In this document: positions 13,401 to 26,237 of the stretch, piece after piece
Layout of the letters: each line of letters begins with the position of its first letter
How positions within the stretch are numbered: position 1 is the first letter of the stretch
Assembly: GCA_905178155.1 (NCBI GenBank)
Contig: CAJINV010000002.1
Span: 2,698,226 to 2,762,225, forward strand
Reading direction: 5' to 3'
DNA from: Amoebophrya sp. A120
Taxonomy: Eukaryota > Protista > Dinoflagellata
DNA: 64,000 bases
The notes under the pieces: generated by a model
Told to the model about the DNA's origin: nothing
The model's database searches: none
What the model saw: only the letters and a program-made list of their open reading frames with translations
Translations under genes and position numbers: made by a program

Positions 13401-16400
13401 AAGGAGTTGCAGGGGAGGCACCGGAGATTGCAGGATCGGTAGATGAGATAGTGGTTTGTTGAAAGAACCTGATGAACCATTGTCGTGTTTTCATCTTGCG
13501 GTGTAAGAATTGATGTGAACAACAACAATGTGATTCCTTGCATGATAGCAGTAGAGCAGAATTGCAGCTGCAAGGAGATCATGATCCACCCTAAATTTTT
13601 ACAAACAAACGAAAAAATCTTTATCAGGATCGGCAAACTAACCGTCGCCTACAATTCTGCGCAGGAAAAAATCGGGCAGGTCGAGCGGCAAAACAAAATT
13701 TTACAAACCACTGTGGACCGGCAGAAGGACTTACTCGCGAGAGAACGAGCGAAAAACTTGGCGCTGCGAGCGAGAGACGTTCCCGTCGCTGGGGGTGCAA
13801 GGACGGCGCCAGCCACAAGACAGGCTAGCTCTGGTACTATATTCCATTCATCATGGTGAAGATCATAGTTTGGCATGCACAACATGTAGGATCAGCCTGA
13901 GAGATGTGCTTTGTCATGCAGAAAGAGCATTACTATATTTTCCATTTACACAAACAATCTCAATCAGATATCGCCGGCAACAAGACCATGACCCGTGCGC
14001 GCGTGGTGTCACCGCAGTTGACCAAGACCCGAGTCAGAATCGCCTCTCCTGCACCCAGTTCTTCGCCGGTATAATTTGAATAGAGGTTTTTTTTTGTTGA
14101 CGATACAATTGAAAAACTCACTTCTCTGTATCAATCTGTACAATGCAAGTGCCTGCATGACAAACGCATTTTTATCAAATCTCTAAACTCAGCCCAAGCC
14201 CCTGAACTACAATGCATCTCGCACAACCGCCCAGAAGCACAGCACGACTGCGAGAACGACCGGCGGGGGTGTTGCGGTGCTTTCCACCGGGAAGAAAATC
14301 ATTACCAATTCGCAGAAGTCTTCGCCGAACATTGTGGACCACAGCAGGGCGGAAGAAGAGGAAGAGGAAAATGATCAGAACATCAGTGACGATTCGGAAG
14401 ATCATGCCGACGATGATTTAAATGAGGAGAATTACATTACAGGAACCGCAGAAGACCATATCCCACGAAAAAACGGTTTCTCTGTGAAGATGATTTTGCA
14501 AGATCCGCATCACAAGTTTGTTACACATGACACAGAAAATTTGCCATGCGCATAATTTTCTCAAGGGAAAACACGCTTGAAAATCCAACGTCTTGCAGGT
14601 GCAGCAAGACAAATAGTTCTGCGTTCCATTTGCTGCATCACAAGTTCACAGTGAAACAATTTTTTCTTGCGATAGAGCACTACAACCGACAGTCGAACTC
14701 CCCCAACGTCCCTCCGCCGGTTATGGCGTTCTCGACTGTTACATTCTCAACTGCTACACGAATTTGTGATGCAAGAATGGCAAAAGTGAAAGAAAGGACC
14801 TTGCGCGTCTTGCATGACAGATTTGGCGCAGAGTCTTAGCCTTTTTGGCCGTCTGAAAATTTGTTATGCGAAGCAGCTTGATGGCGTCGATAGTCAAGGC
14901 AATTTTGCATGGCAAATCATGTAACAGTTGAGAATGTAGCGCTTGAGAACCCCATACCGGTCTCCGCACGGTTAAGGACGCGGGAGGAGATTAGCAAGAA
15001 GCAGGGTGAACATAATCTGACCAGTCCGGCGACTGGGGGACGTGTCGCATGTGGTGGTCCTGCTGGTCCACCACCAATGTCTGCACGAGGTGGGGGGACA
15101 GCGACCAACCGGGCAGTAGTACCGAAGGAGGTGAAGGTGACAAGCATCGTAGAAACGGCTGCGAGTCCCGATCATGTGGTTGAGTACAACCGGCCGATAG
15201 AGCCGGAAGAACCTGTCAAGCAGATCGAGAAGGTCGAAGTGATTGACAAAACCGAGAGTTCTACAACTAGTGCGATGAAAAAGATGGATGAAGACGCAAA
15301 TATGGCGATGGCGCTGCGGTTGCAAGCGCAGATGCGCAAGGCGCTGGAGAAGAGCAGATCTAGTCCGGGGCGGATAGGGTCTTTATCTACAAATTCCATG
15401 GTTCGAAACAGCACCCAAGACTCCACGTCCGCGCAAAACACGGCGTCTCTGGCGAATAGCGGTTCAAATCATGCTGGTGACTCTTCGTCCGGTTCGGGTT
15501 CGGGGTCGAGTTGCTCGAATTCGATGGTGAACAACAACAGTAATCGCAACAATTTAACCAACAGTTCCTCTTCTAGTAGTTCGGCGTCGCAGAATTCTGG
15601 ATCGAACTCGGGTAGTGGAACCAGTCACAGTTCTATCCAAGGAAAGAACTACATTGTTAGTGTAAGTTTGTGATGCGCAACCGCAATCTGCAAAATGATT
15701 GCGACTGTCATGCCGGGCATGCATTGCAAGTGCGTTTTCACGTACAATCTGCGCATGAGAGGTTTTTGCTTCCATGCCAGACAGATTTGATGTGATGCTG
15801 TTCCTCCAAAAAAGTTACACCGACAATCTTTTTTTTCCGGATAAGTTCTTCAAGTTCCTCTTACAAGTCCAGCCCCCAGTCCCACAGCTCGGCTTCCTCT
15901 GCCGCGGTGCAGAATCGGGTGTTGCCGGTTGACGAGAGTCAACAAAACATCTCATCGGCTTCCGCCAGCTCCGCTTCGAGTTCCGCCGCCTCTGGTTCAG
16001 CATCTGCGAATAGCCAGAGCTGCAATAGTAGTTCATCAAAATACGCAGTCACGGTGAGCGAGTCTACTGCTCAACAAGCAAACTCTGTTTCTTCTGGTGC
16101 ACAGCAGCAGCAGCCGCCGATGTCTGCCAGGTCGAATCGAAACAACAACTACACGACAACATCAAGTGCGAAACCCTCCCCCGCAATTTCATCGAAGAGC
16201 TCCGGTGCAATAAACAGATCCAACCGGCAGACGCCGAAGCAGCAGGCAGTGAAAGATCAGTCTGACGCGGATCAGCAATCCGACGTGACGCACAAAAACA
16301 GCAATCTGCAGCAATACGGAACAACAGCTCGCGCGTCCGCCACGAAGGGACGGGCCGAGGGGGTTGCGGCGTTGCGGGCCAAATTCGGGGGGAACGCGAT

Positions 16401-17402
16401 CGTCAAATCGAATGTCAAGAACTACCACGGTGGCATCGGGAACACGAAAAAAATTTCCCCGACGGTGGGGCGGAATAATAAACCACAGCTATTGATGCAA
16501 AACAGCAACAACTCGAGCGGAAAGAAGAGCGCGAAGATGATGAATAAAGAGGCTCTAGTATTCCACCCCGAAACCAGAACCACGGTAGATCATGAGGACG
16601 AAGCGGCGGAAGGTTCTTCTTTTGCGAACAAGGATTTATTGCAGGAAGACACGGCCAATAAGATGATCGTGACGACGAATTCGGTGGAGGAGGAACCCAG
16701 GTCATCGGAGCACATCAACCCTAGCAGGATGACGCGTATTCTTTTGTTTCATGCTGTTTTTGTTTTGCATTTTTACGAAGCGATGCCTTTTTCGGTAAAC
16801 TCAGAACTACGGCGTGCTGACCCTCCTCGGGTTGTACTTGAATACATCCGTGACCATGCATGTTCAGAGGAACTACCCCCTAAAAATTATCCCCAACACC
16901 AGGTCAAGATGAAGATACCAGAGGCGCCATGCTCGGGATGAATGCAGCTCCTGGCCGCGTGACTACAGAACAACAAGATCCCCGTACTGGTCCCGCGGGA
17001 AATTCCACATCCGCCCCGCTGAAAAACTCCATCATCACGGGAGTGAACCTGCTGCCGCAAAACCAGAACAACTCCAGCATCTGGCCGCCACCCCCAGCCC
17101 ACCGGCAGTTCCAGCTGAGTTCGCAGAACTCCGGGCAATTTGGCTTGTCCCAGTCGCTGGTGAGCCCGGGTGGTTTGTTTCAGCAGTGCTCGTTTTCCGT
17201 TCCGTTGGATAACGACTCGATTTTTCCGGAAGATTCGGCATCGAACGCCTGTTACCGAGCGAGCCCGACGGAAAGTGAGGCTGCGAAATGGATGATGATG
17301 CAAAATCCGGCGGCTGGTGGAGCCGCGGGGATGATGACTACTACTGCTGCGTTTGGGCAGCAGCAGCAGAAAGTGGTGGGGCAGAACAAGGTACTTAAGT
17401 AA
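10493..17402 (+). CDS. Large low-complexity S/N/Q-rich hypothetical protein with a short coiled coil
   Basis: Long exons (11738-13083, 14957-15633, 15844-16735) joined across 6 introners and GT-AG introns 13439-13627, 13834-13967, 14069-14192, 16736-16902. Confidence 0.6.
11159..11413. mobile_element. Introner type A
   Basis: DR accac. Confidence 0.9.
11476..11737. mobile_element. Introner type A
   Basis: DR gagga. Confidence 0.9.
13084..13332. mobile_element. Introner type A
   Basis: Degenerate DR tttct/tctcg (both encode Ile-Ser). Confidence 0.85.
14459..14674. mobile_element. Introner type L
   Basis: TIR ..gaaaaaa..gtttcWctgtgaa; DR gacca/gagca. Confidence 0.85.
14722..14956. mobile_element. 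Introner type F
   Basis: TIR tatggSgttctc..tacattctcaactg; DR ccggt. Confidence 0.9.
15634..15843. mobile_element. Introner type D
   Basis: DR agttc. Confidence 0.85.
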
Positions 17403-19380
17403 GTATGTCTATTCGAAACGGAATCGATTCGATTTCAGGTCTTGTCACGCGTAGTATTTGACGTACTTGATGTATGATGATGACGTGAAGATATGCTTGG
17501 TTGTACTATGCGTAGAAAGAGAAAAACCTTTACAAACTACCCCAGCTCCCCGGCGGTCGCCAATGGCCGCCCTTGCAAATTGCGACCAACACGACCACTC
17601 CTGCGGCGCAACAGGACACCCGTCCGTCTGGGCAGGAGATTCGAGATTCGATTCCGACCACACCGCTTTGGTTGAAGCAGCAGAACAAGAACGCGTCGGA
17701 TCCGAATGCGGTGCCGTCTTGAGTGGTTTATTGTTCCCATGTATGTGTATCTATACTGACAACTCGTGGAGAATGAACTACTTCTTGAATTAGATCAATA
17801 AACGTCCTGCTGTGCCTTATTTCTTGTGAATTCTTGAAATGAATCGACTTTGATTGAACTTGAAGTATGATATAGATACTTTCTTTATCAGGACAAGAAC
17901 TACTTTAGCTTCTTTTACTCGTTATCCCATGCGTTCATCTTTTTACCGCATGCTGAAATGTACGCAGAATTGTTGAAATTATCGTTGACATTATCGGATG
18001 AATTTTAGTGAGAATTGTTGAAGTTGTTTTTATGGCGAAGGCGTCGTCAGAATATTGACTTCAATATGCCAGATGACATCATGCGAAATAAGAAGTTCTT
18101 TGCCGCCACGTCTTTTTTTCACCGTGATTGCCCGTACGCCTGTTTTCTACGAACGTGCTGTTTTTATCCTCAAAAACTCGTACTATGGAGTACAAATCTT
18201 TTTTCAACGACTTGTTTCTATCACCAGCCGAAACTGGCTGTATTACTAGTAACTCCGTTCTTTATTACTGGACCCGTTAATGCCTTTTCCTGATGATAAG
18301 TATCAGCATCAAATTTCTACAACTTCACATGTGCTGTCCCATTTTAATTCTTCATGCACTTGAACTACCTATAACCCCCGTATGTAAAGACCGATACCTC
18401 CTGTGCTACTTACCCCTCTTAATTCGTGATTTTCGCTGTAGCCTCCCTACTATGATGTTGTTTTTCGCCTTCACAGACGTTGGTTCTAGCTTTCGCTCAA
18501 CAATAAATTTGTATTCCCAAATGAATGAATGTACAACGCAAAAAAAAGCAATATCAGTAAGCAAATGCAATGCGTAGAACTCTCACAGGCGAGAGTGCAA
18601 TCTCATTTTTCTATCGCCCCGTTGTACAATTACACTAGGAGTTCAGTCGGAAATTTTCCAACAACAAAAGCAAAACGTGAAAGTGAATTGATTCCACCTA
18701 TCGGCCTGTGCATGACAAAAATTTCTGCTCCTCTCGGTTGACGAAGTCATTCGATTCAAGAATCAACTCGGTTGCAGCTGCGTCTTCAACGCTCCTCCTG
18801 CCAATTCGGTTCATGATTGTTTTCTTCTTCACCTATATGTTGATACCCACGAGATGAAGATGAAGCTGACCCTGAGTTGCGTGGTTGAGTTTTGTATGAC
18901 TTGACTAGTAGTAGAGATCATGACGAGAAGATGAATCACTACACTCGAGCCAAAGTTGTGACGAGATCCTCGCGTCTTGGATGTGAAAGTGGCTACTACA
19001 TACAACGTGGTTGTTGACGTGATTTTTGTTGCCTGTAAGTATACAAGATAAACAGTGAGGAAAGGAAGAAGAGACCTCCGCAAGAGTTTTTTTATCCCAA
19101 GCGACATCTTAAGTGTAAGTTGTTGAGCAGCTGTGCGTTCTTACCCAAGACTCAAAAAGATTGTTCCCATTCGCTTGTCATATAGCTGTTCTGTTGACTA
19201 GTAGCAAACATAAAAGTTTGAGAACCTGAACCACTATACGTAAAGATACACTGGTATCGCAAATGCCAGGTTCTTCTTATTTTGCGACGTAACATTTGCC
19301 CCTAATCTCAAGTTTATTTGAACCGCAGATTTTATCCATTCTCGCAAGAAAAAAGTACCGACGTCAACCCCTAAAATAAA

Positions 19381-22300
19381 ATGGCTCCCAACAACAAGAA
19401 GAACCACGGCGGGCAGCATCCCCCCGGCACCACGACTGGTGGCCACAATTCCCCCGGCACCACGACCCGCTTCAAAGAGTCGGATACCAACAAGCACTTG
19501 AATCACATCCGGGCCAGCACCGCGCACAACGAAAAGCTCGACCAATTGATCCAGCACGCGCAGGAAGCCGACGAGCACGGCGGCGTTTGCCGGGAGATTT
19601 TCTACGCACACATCCGGGACTCGTTAAAAGGCTGCATCTATCCACTGCAAATATGTCATCTGGGTCTGGAAACTTGTGATGCATATTAGTGCATAGGAAG
19701 CACATCACTGTAATGCGCCGCCAAGCATGACAGATTGTTCCGTGGCTTTGTGTTGCGTATTCCGGCGCATGAGAAACAGCGGTTTTGCATGACAGACCAG
19801 ACGAGCTCTTGCTGGCTACGCAATACAGAACTTAGTCTCATCATGCCAGACTAGCATGACAAATCTCGCATTCTTCCAGACCCAGACATATTTGCAATCC
19901 ATAGCATCTTCGTCGGGCACATCAACACGGATTTAGATTCCGTTGCGGGTGCGATCGGCGCCGCGGCTTTGTTCGATGGGATTCCGGCGATTATGCATTG
20001 CAAAAGCATCGTGCTAGTACTGATCGCGTTTATGCATTACAAATCTCTCTATTGAGGCAAATCCGCATTACAAATTTATTTTGTAATGCTAAATGAATTA
20101 GAATTTGTAATGCAATTCATACGTAGTACGATACTTTTGCACAGGATAGCGATCAGCGAGAACAAATTGAACGGGGAGATTCTATTCGCTTTGGAGGAGT
20201 GCAAAATTCAAACCCCGGAGTTGTTCGAAAACATCCCCAACGCAAAAACCACGGCGAAGGTCTGTCTCGTAGATCACAGCGAGGAAAAGCAGATGACGCC
20301 TTTTCTGAAAAAGGACAAAAACCGGGGCAGCCGGATCGTCGGGATCATCGACCACCACGCGCTGGCGGAGTCGTTCTCGACTTCAAAACCGCTGTTCATG
20401 GATCTCAGGCCCTGGGGCTCGATGTCCACGATTGTCACCGTGCTGTTTTTGTCGCACAAGAAGTTTCTGCCCCCGAAAATCGCGAAATTGCTGTTGATGG
20501 CGGTCTTGTCGGACACCTTGAACCTCCAATCAATAACCACCACCGAGCCGGACCGGCAGGTTGTTGCGCTACTCTCCAGTTACGGAAAAGTCCCCGATCC
20601 GGACAAACTCGCACGGCAGCAGTTCCAGAAAAAAACGGATTTCATCGTGAATCTCGGGGCGTACGAGATGATTCGGGGGGATCAGAAGGATTTTTCCATG
20701 AACAACTGGAAGGTGGGGATTTCCGTATTGGAAGTGACGGACGTCGAGCCGGTTTTGAAAGTAGCGCCGGAGATCATGCTGGAGTTGAGGATGTTGAAAA
20801 AGGAAAAGGGGGAGGTCGTAGAAACGGCGGAGGATGGGAGTGAAATTTCCAGAACAAGGGACTACAAGAGGGAATTGGATTTCGCGTATTTGTTCGTCGT
20901 GGATATTCTGAACGAGAAGAGTTACCTGATTATCGCGGGTGGTCGGGAATTGGTGTTGGCCAAAAAGGCGTTTCCGGATGGTATATTAATGGTTTTTGAT
21001 GTATTTTGTCATGCATGCTGTCCGTAACTTTCGTAATTTCTGATGCAAACACACTATACAAATCCTTCTTGAATCCTTGACCTTTATCACACAGCCCCCT
21101 CCCTCGGCGCAGCAGTGAAAGGGATTCCGCCCCCGGGAAAAACCATCAACGAAGAGGAGACCTTGATGACCATGAAACACAAGATGGTGTCCAGAAAAGC
21201 GCAGTATGCATTGCAAAGGTATCGTACTAGTTGTATAAATCGCATCACAAATTAGCTCAGCATCACAAATAAAATTTGTAATGCTGTTGGACCTTAGGAA
21301 AGAGATTTGTCATGCATAAACAGCAATTGCTACGAGTACGCATAACTTTTGCAATGCACACGAAGTTCGCGCCCGCAATTCTGGAGGCGTTGGCGGATCC
21401 GGATTACTCCTGGTGTCACAAGCGGTATGCAAGAAAAAAACTGTGTAAGTGTAAGTCTGTGATGCAGAAAATGCAAAACAGTTGCACTTGTCATGCTGGA
21501 CATGCATCAGAGGCTCTTTCCGTACGTGTTTTCACGTGCTAGCCGCGCATGCCAGGCTCTCTCTTTCATGCAGAGCAAACTTGTGATGCTATTCCTCCAA
21601 GAAAGTTACACTAACACAATTTTTTCCTTGGATACGCGGCCAGTCGCTTTGATGTCCGCGTTGGAGTCCGCCAATGAAAAAGCGAAGGACTACTCGGAAA
21701 AACTGTACTCCGAGTGCCAGGAGCACACGGTCATCAACAGTACCAAGGTCGTTCGCGTCTCCAGGATGTTCTCCAGGGAGTTGGAGGCCGTGGGGCACAC
21801 CAGTCACCCCAACTCCCCCTCCGGAACCCCGAAGAGCCAGCCTATCAAGTGCAAAAATGTCTGGGTCTTGAAGAATGCAAGTTTGTCATGCTTGTCTCAC
21901 ATGACTCTTGAATTTGTCATGCACATTGCCCAAGAGCCCCATTTTTCTGTCATGCAGAAACGCAGTTTGTCATGCAGAATAGGCAACACCTAGAAGCTCA
22001 GAAACTTGTCATGCTGAGCCAGCACTTCTGGTCTCCTCATGATACGCCACCCAGCATCACAAGTTTCCAGACCCAAACGTTTTTGCATTTGATACAGCCC
22101 CGGGATGGGAAAAACCCAGCGAAACAGCCACGATCCATGCTGCCCTCGGTGAAGAGCGGGGAGTTTTTATCACGAGGAAAAATCCCCCCTCCCCATATCA
22201 AAAGGAAGTTTCTGATGCTGGATTTGCGTATACAAATCAGGTTTGTCATGCAGTAGAGGACAGCAGTCTCCTGCCGAGCCTGAGTAGAGAGCTTTTGGCC

Positions 22301-22627
22301 TAGGCGCTTAGAATGAGAAACGTCCACGCTGTAGGCCCAACAGCATCACAAACCGCCTGCATAATGCGGCAGAGCCTATGGAGTTGTCTTCTTGCAAGAC
22401 AGACGTGATTTGTGGTCTCAAATCAGCAAGACAAATTTTCGGAAACATACCTTTTCGATATGGGGAGGGGGGATTTTTCCTCTCAATAGTTTTTTAGGGA
22501 GCCGACGGAGAGTGGGCAGAGCAGCGGAAGTCGGGATTCGACGCCAAGTCCGGAGGTGAGAAAGGATGGTGCTGGTGAAGATAAGAGGACTTTCTCGCCG
22601 AATGGGCGGAACCGGTGCTGCGTGTAG
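19381..22627 (+). CDS. ppaC: Family II (DHH/DHHA2) Mn-dependent inorganic pyrophosphatase-like protein
   Basis: Spliced motifs GHINTDLDS, LVDH, IIDHH, PWGSMSTI, VLSDTLNLQSITTT, VSRKAQF; 6 introners plus GT-AG intron 20981-21094; ends ...NRCCV*. Confidence 0.85.
19639..19903. mobile_element. Introner type A
   Basis: DR gcatc. Confidence 0.9.
19992..20148. mobile_element. Introner type B
   Basis: DR gcgat. Confidence 0.9.
21205..21360. mobile_element. Introner type B
   Basis: DR cgcag/cgaag; ends ACA. Confidence 0.85.
21426..21634. mobile_element. Introner type D
   Basis: DR agcgg/cgcgg. Confidence 0.88.
21843..22094. mobile_element. Introner type A
   Basis: DR cagcc. Confidence 0.9.
22168..22488. 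mobile_element. Introner type C
   Basis: DR gtttt. Confidence 0.9.
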
Positions 22628-22645
22628 TTGTAGGTGGGTCCAGCG

Positions 22646-22794
22646 TATGCATTGCAAAAGTATCGTACTCGTAGTAATTGCAGTCATGCATTACAAATTT
22701 TTTTTCTCAGCTAAATCCGCATGACAAATTTTATTTCTCATGCTGGGGAAATTTGTAATGCATTTATACGAGTACGATACTTTTGCACAGGATA
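22646..22794. mobile_element. Introner type B in probable 3' UTR
   Basis: DR cagcg; 18 nt after the stop codon. Confidence 0.9.
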
Positions 22795-23038
22795 CAGCGA
22801 TATATCATTTTACCATATTAATATTTTTCATCTTGTTTTCTCAACGGGATTATGAGCAGAGAGAACTCAAACTTTTTTGATTCGTGTGAAGCAGAATAAA
22901 TGCCTTAAACTTAAGTAGTACAAACACGCCGAAGTACTTACCAATCCTGTACACCATATGAGTTGCTCTACGCGGCGTTTGCCTATGCCTTCTACATGAG
23001 AAAATGTACACCCACTATTTACTCAAGTAGGAAAATAG

Positions 23039-24080
23039 ACCTCCGGCCAAACCATAGGCACGCACGGCCATACCACAGGCGTGCAGGAGTGACATCGGCT
23101 ACGGCGTGGATGTCCGTGCGGTGGTGCCCAAGTCATAGGGCACGCACTTCACACAGATGCCCCATCATAGGCACTAGCGTGCCCACTCACGGGCACGCAG
23201 CGGAGCAGGAGCCGGCGCCTCAGCGCAAGGAGCCTAGGCAACTGAGGAAGCCGCCGGAGATTGCACTAAGACAGAGCGGGTGCCGCACCTGCTGCGCTTG
23301 CCTTCCCCCTGTCACGCCGGTACGCCCGAAAGCCGTAGCACTACGGCCCAGCTTGAGAAGATCCGAGAAGCCCGCGCGCCGTCAGTGTCTCAAGCCCCCC
23401 GTCCAAGGTCGGACCGGGACGAGACCCGCGGGGGATCGAGAAAAGCATCCGGGCCCGCCCAGGGGGTGAGGTAGTCGCTAGGGCGCAGAGGGTGTGTTGA
23501 TGTGTTGCAAGGAAGGCGGGCGGGTGTAGCAGGTAGCGCCGGCGGGCCTGAAGGATCGACCAAGGCAGCAAGAACGCCAGCAGCGAAGTCGGGTGGGAAG
23601 CTGGTATCCAACGCGGCGGGGCAAAAAAGGGTGGCAATCCCCGTCGCCCGCTTTGCTAGGTAGTGCCACGCCATAGGCCACAGCCCTAGCCGCCACACCA
23701 AGGCGTAACGGAAGAGAGCGGAGCCCCGGCAACACAGGACCCGGGACAAGCATAGCCCAAACCCCCGGGCGCTTGTTAAAGCACGCAATAACCGAGCCAC
23801 AATACCGGGCCCCATTGCAAAGCCAGTGCGAGCGGGCCGCCCGGTCCAGCACCTCGCCATGGGTGTGGGGGGTCTTCAGTAGTCAAGCAGGACATATCAC
23901 TGAGCCCCGGCGAGTAAGGCCACGACGGCAGGATAGGATACAGCACTGCAGTGTTGTCCTGCACCCCCCCCGTGTATGCAGGTCCCATGCCTGGTGATCC
24001 TGGTGCGGCAACTGGGGAAACGCCTAAGGGATCTTGGTCCGGCAGCATCCATACTGTACACCATTAACCTAGAGTAGTAG
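23039..24080 (+). mobile_element. Probable 5'-truncated non-LTR retroelement
   Basis: GC-rich insert flanked by 14-bp DR aagtaggaaaatag (23025-23038, 24081-24094); short (TAG)n-like tail. Confidence 0.6.
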
Positions 24081-24212
24081 AAGTAGGAAAATAGGAAAAT
24101 TCATACGGTGTGAAGAAGAAGAGTTCGTCTCGACGGTCAGGGTGCATGCTTTAGTGCACTTTGATGAAACCACACGAGAATACTATACTATACTTCTAAA
24201 ATGGGAATTCAA

Positions 24213-25116
24213 CCTCCTGTGAAGGCCGTCGCCTGAGGAGATCTCCCGGTCGTAACGTGGGGAGAAGCAGGCCGCATGCTTATCAGGGAAGCGGTTAGTA
24301 GATCTGGTAGGTTGAAAGAGTGACCCCAGTGAATGAGGGCCGCCGCCTCTCATGATGTCACCTAGTACGTAGACCATATTTACGCACAGGCCCTGTTGTT
24401 CTGCGGAGAGCAGCAAGCAGCTCCCTGGCCCATGCGCTTGCGCTGCTGCGCAGGCTCGCAACAAAAAGGCAGGCCGCCGCTGTGCTGTTTGTTGCCTGCC
24501 ACTCAGGTGCCGCGGCTGCACCTCGCGCGTCCGCGGGACGCGACCGGGCAGCAAGCCGAGTGGCACCGCCGACGAGCGCAGCTGCGCTACCGTTAGGGGA
24601 GCGCAGCCACCCAGATGGCTGGCCACCCCACCCTCTCGGATGCCGCCCCTTATCCGAGCTCGGCCAAGCCCATACCGAGAAGTATAGCGCCGACCGTTGA
24701 TAGTGCGCGGCCACCCGGTTGGTCGGTACTATGAAGAGCGCGCCACGACAGGCGAGCCCTGTGGCACCACTGAAACGGCCACACAGCAACACACTGACGG
24801 CGCACAACCGCCCACGAGTTGAGCGCCCCCAGACATGCAAGTGCTTGCTGTGGCTGCGCAGTGCAATTCCAAATCGGACGAAAATCAACGGCAGTCGTGG
24901 GGAGGTGTTGGTGTTCGCGAGGCACTACGTCCGACGCGCCTCCGAGCCGTGGGGGCGGCCCTAGGGATAGGAGAGAGGGACCGAGAGTGCACCTGCTCCG
25001 GGTGCGGGAGATCCTGGCGAGACAGATCCCACAATGCACTGAGATCCATTGGGACCCTTGTACGTACGGTGTTTGTGCACAGCGATCGTTCTTGCCTGTG
25101 GCTTCGATAATAATAA
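24213..25116 (+). mobile_element. Probable non-LTR retroelement/SINE-like insert with (TAA)n tail
   Basis: GC-rich insert flanked by 16-bp DR taaaatgggaattcaa (24197-24212, 25117-25132); ends gataataataa. Confidence 0.7.
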
Positions 25117-26237
25117 TAAAATGGGAATTCAATACAAAATGGGAAATTTCGTACTTCATTTACACTCTCAGCGACAATTCTATTCGATGCATTTCTAGTT
25201 GTAAGATTTTGTCAGACCTCGATTATGGGCTCCTCCACCTCTTGCGGCTCAGCTCTTGCGGCCTAAGCAAGTCCGAGTTTTGTAGAGGTGGAGTTTATTG
25301 ATATTGTTGCAGCTACCATAGAAGTGTTTGATGTGGGGGCGAATATAAACCAATAATGCAACATTTTCCGCATAGAGGATTGGCGCTGAATGCGCACTAG
25401 GGCTTATTCGAAACTGCTACTATACTACAGTGGAGCTGCTGCAGTTGTTGACAACTTGACAGCAGCATCATATCATGCCGGCAGTTGTGTAGATAAGTCC
25501 GTGCTGAAAGACCGTTACTTGAAAAACAAAAATGTACTAAAAATCAAATCTGCGACCAGCACGTCAACTTGATTTCTTTGGTAAAAAACAGTTGGTGCGA
25601 GAAGGGCGACTGTGCCACCGCTGCGACTACTTATTGCTTTTTTTCGAGGCAGTAGAGATGTTTCACTCTCATCCGTATCAAGTAGTTCTCACAGTCGTGT
25701 TTTTTCCATTCAATTCGCGTCGGTTTGTCTTTTGTTTCTGGTACGCATCTACTTTCTTCGAGGGGCTTCATTGAAGCCCCTGCGTAGTTCTAGAACCGAG
25801 GGAAAAGTGTGTGGTTGTGGTTTCTTTGTTGTTGCTTCTGTCAAAAGCGTTTTTTCATCATGATTCATTGGGGTGGTCGAGCGAAAGAGATATTTCATTT
25901 CTTCTAGCAAACGCAAACCATAATTGGCCAGCAGGGTAGCAAACCATTAGATTTCCAATAACTAAAACTATCTCGTCTGGGAGCACAGGAGGCACAATTT
26001 TGCAACTTTTCCCAAATCAAATCCACTTCCAATAATGAAAATTTTCAACAAAATTCTAGCGTTTTTTTCACACAACATTCATCGCCAAAGTAGTACTTTT
26101 GGCCCGCCAAAGATATTAAACCCTGAGCACTAATACCCGGTCGCGTCCTCCCGCAGAACGGATTCTTGCATGTGGACTGACTAAGCAAAACACGCACAAC
26201 TTCTACCCAAGCAGACCATCATACTATCGTATCGAAG

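Noticed and set aside
13431-13633. 9-bp direct repeat caggatcgg as a TSD
   Set aside because: Removing one copy shifts away from the coiled-coil frame; canonical GT-AG splicing gives QDRIGK
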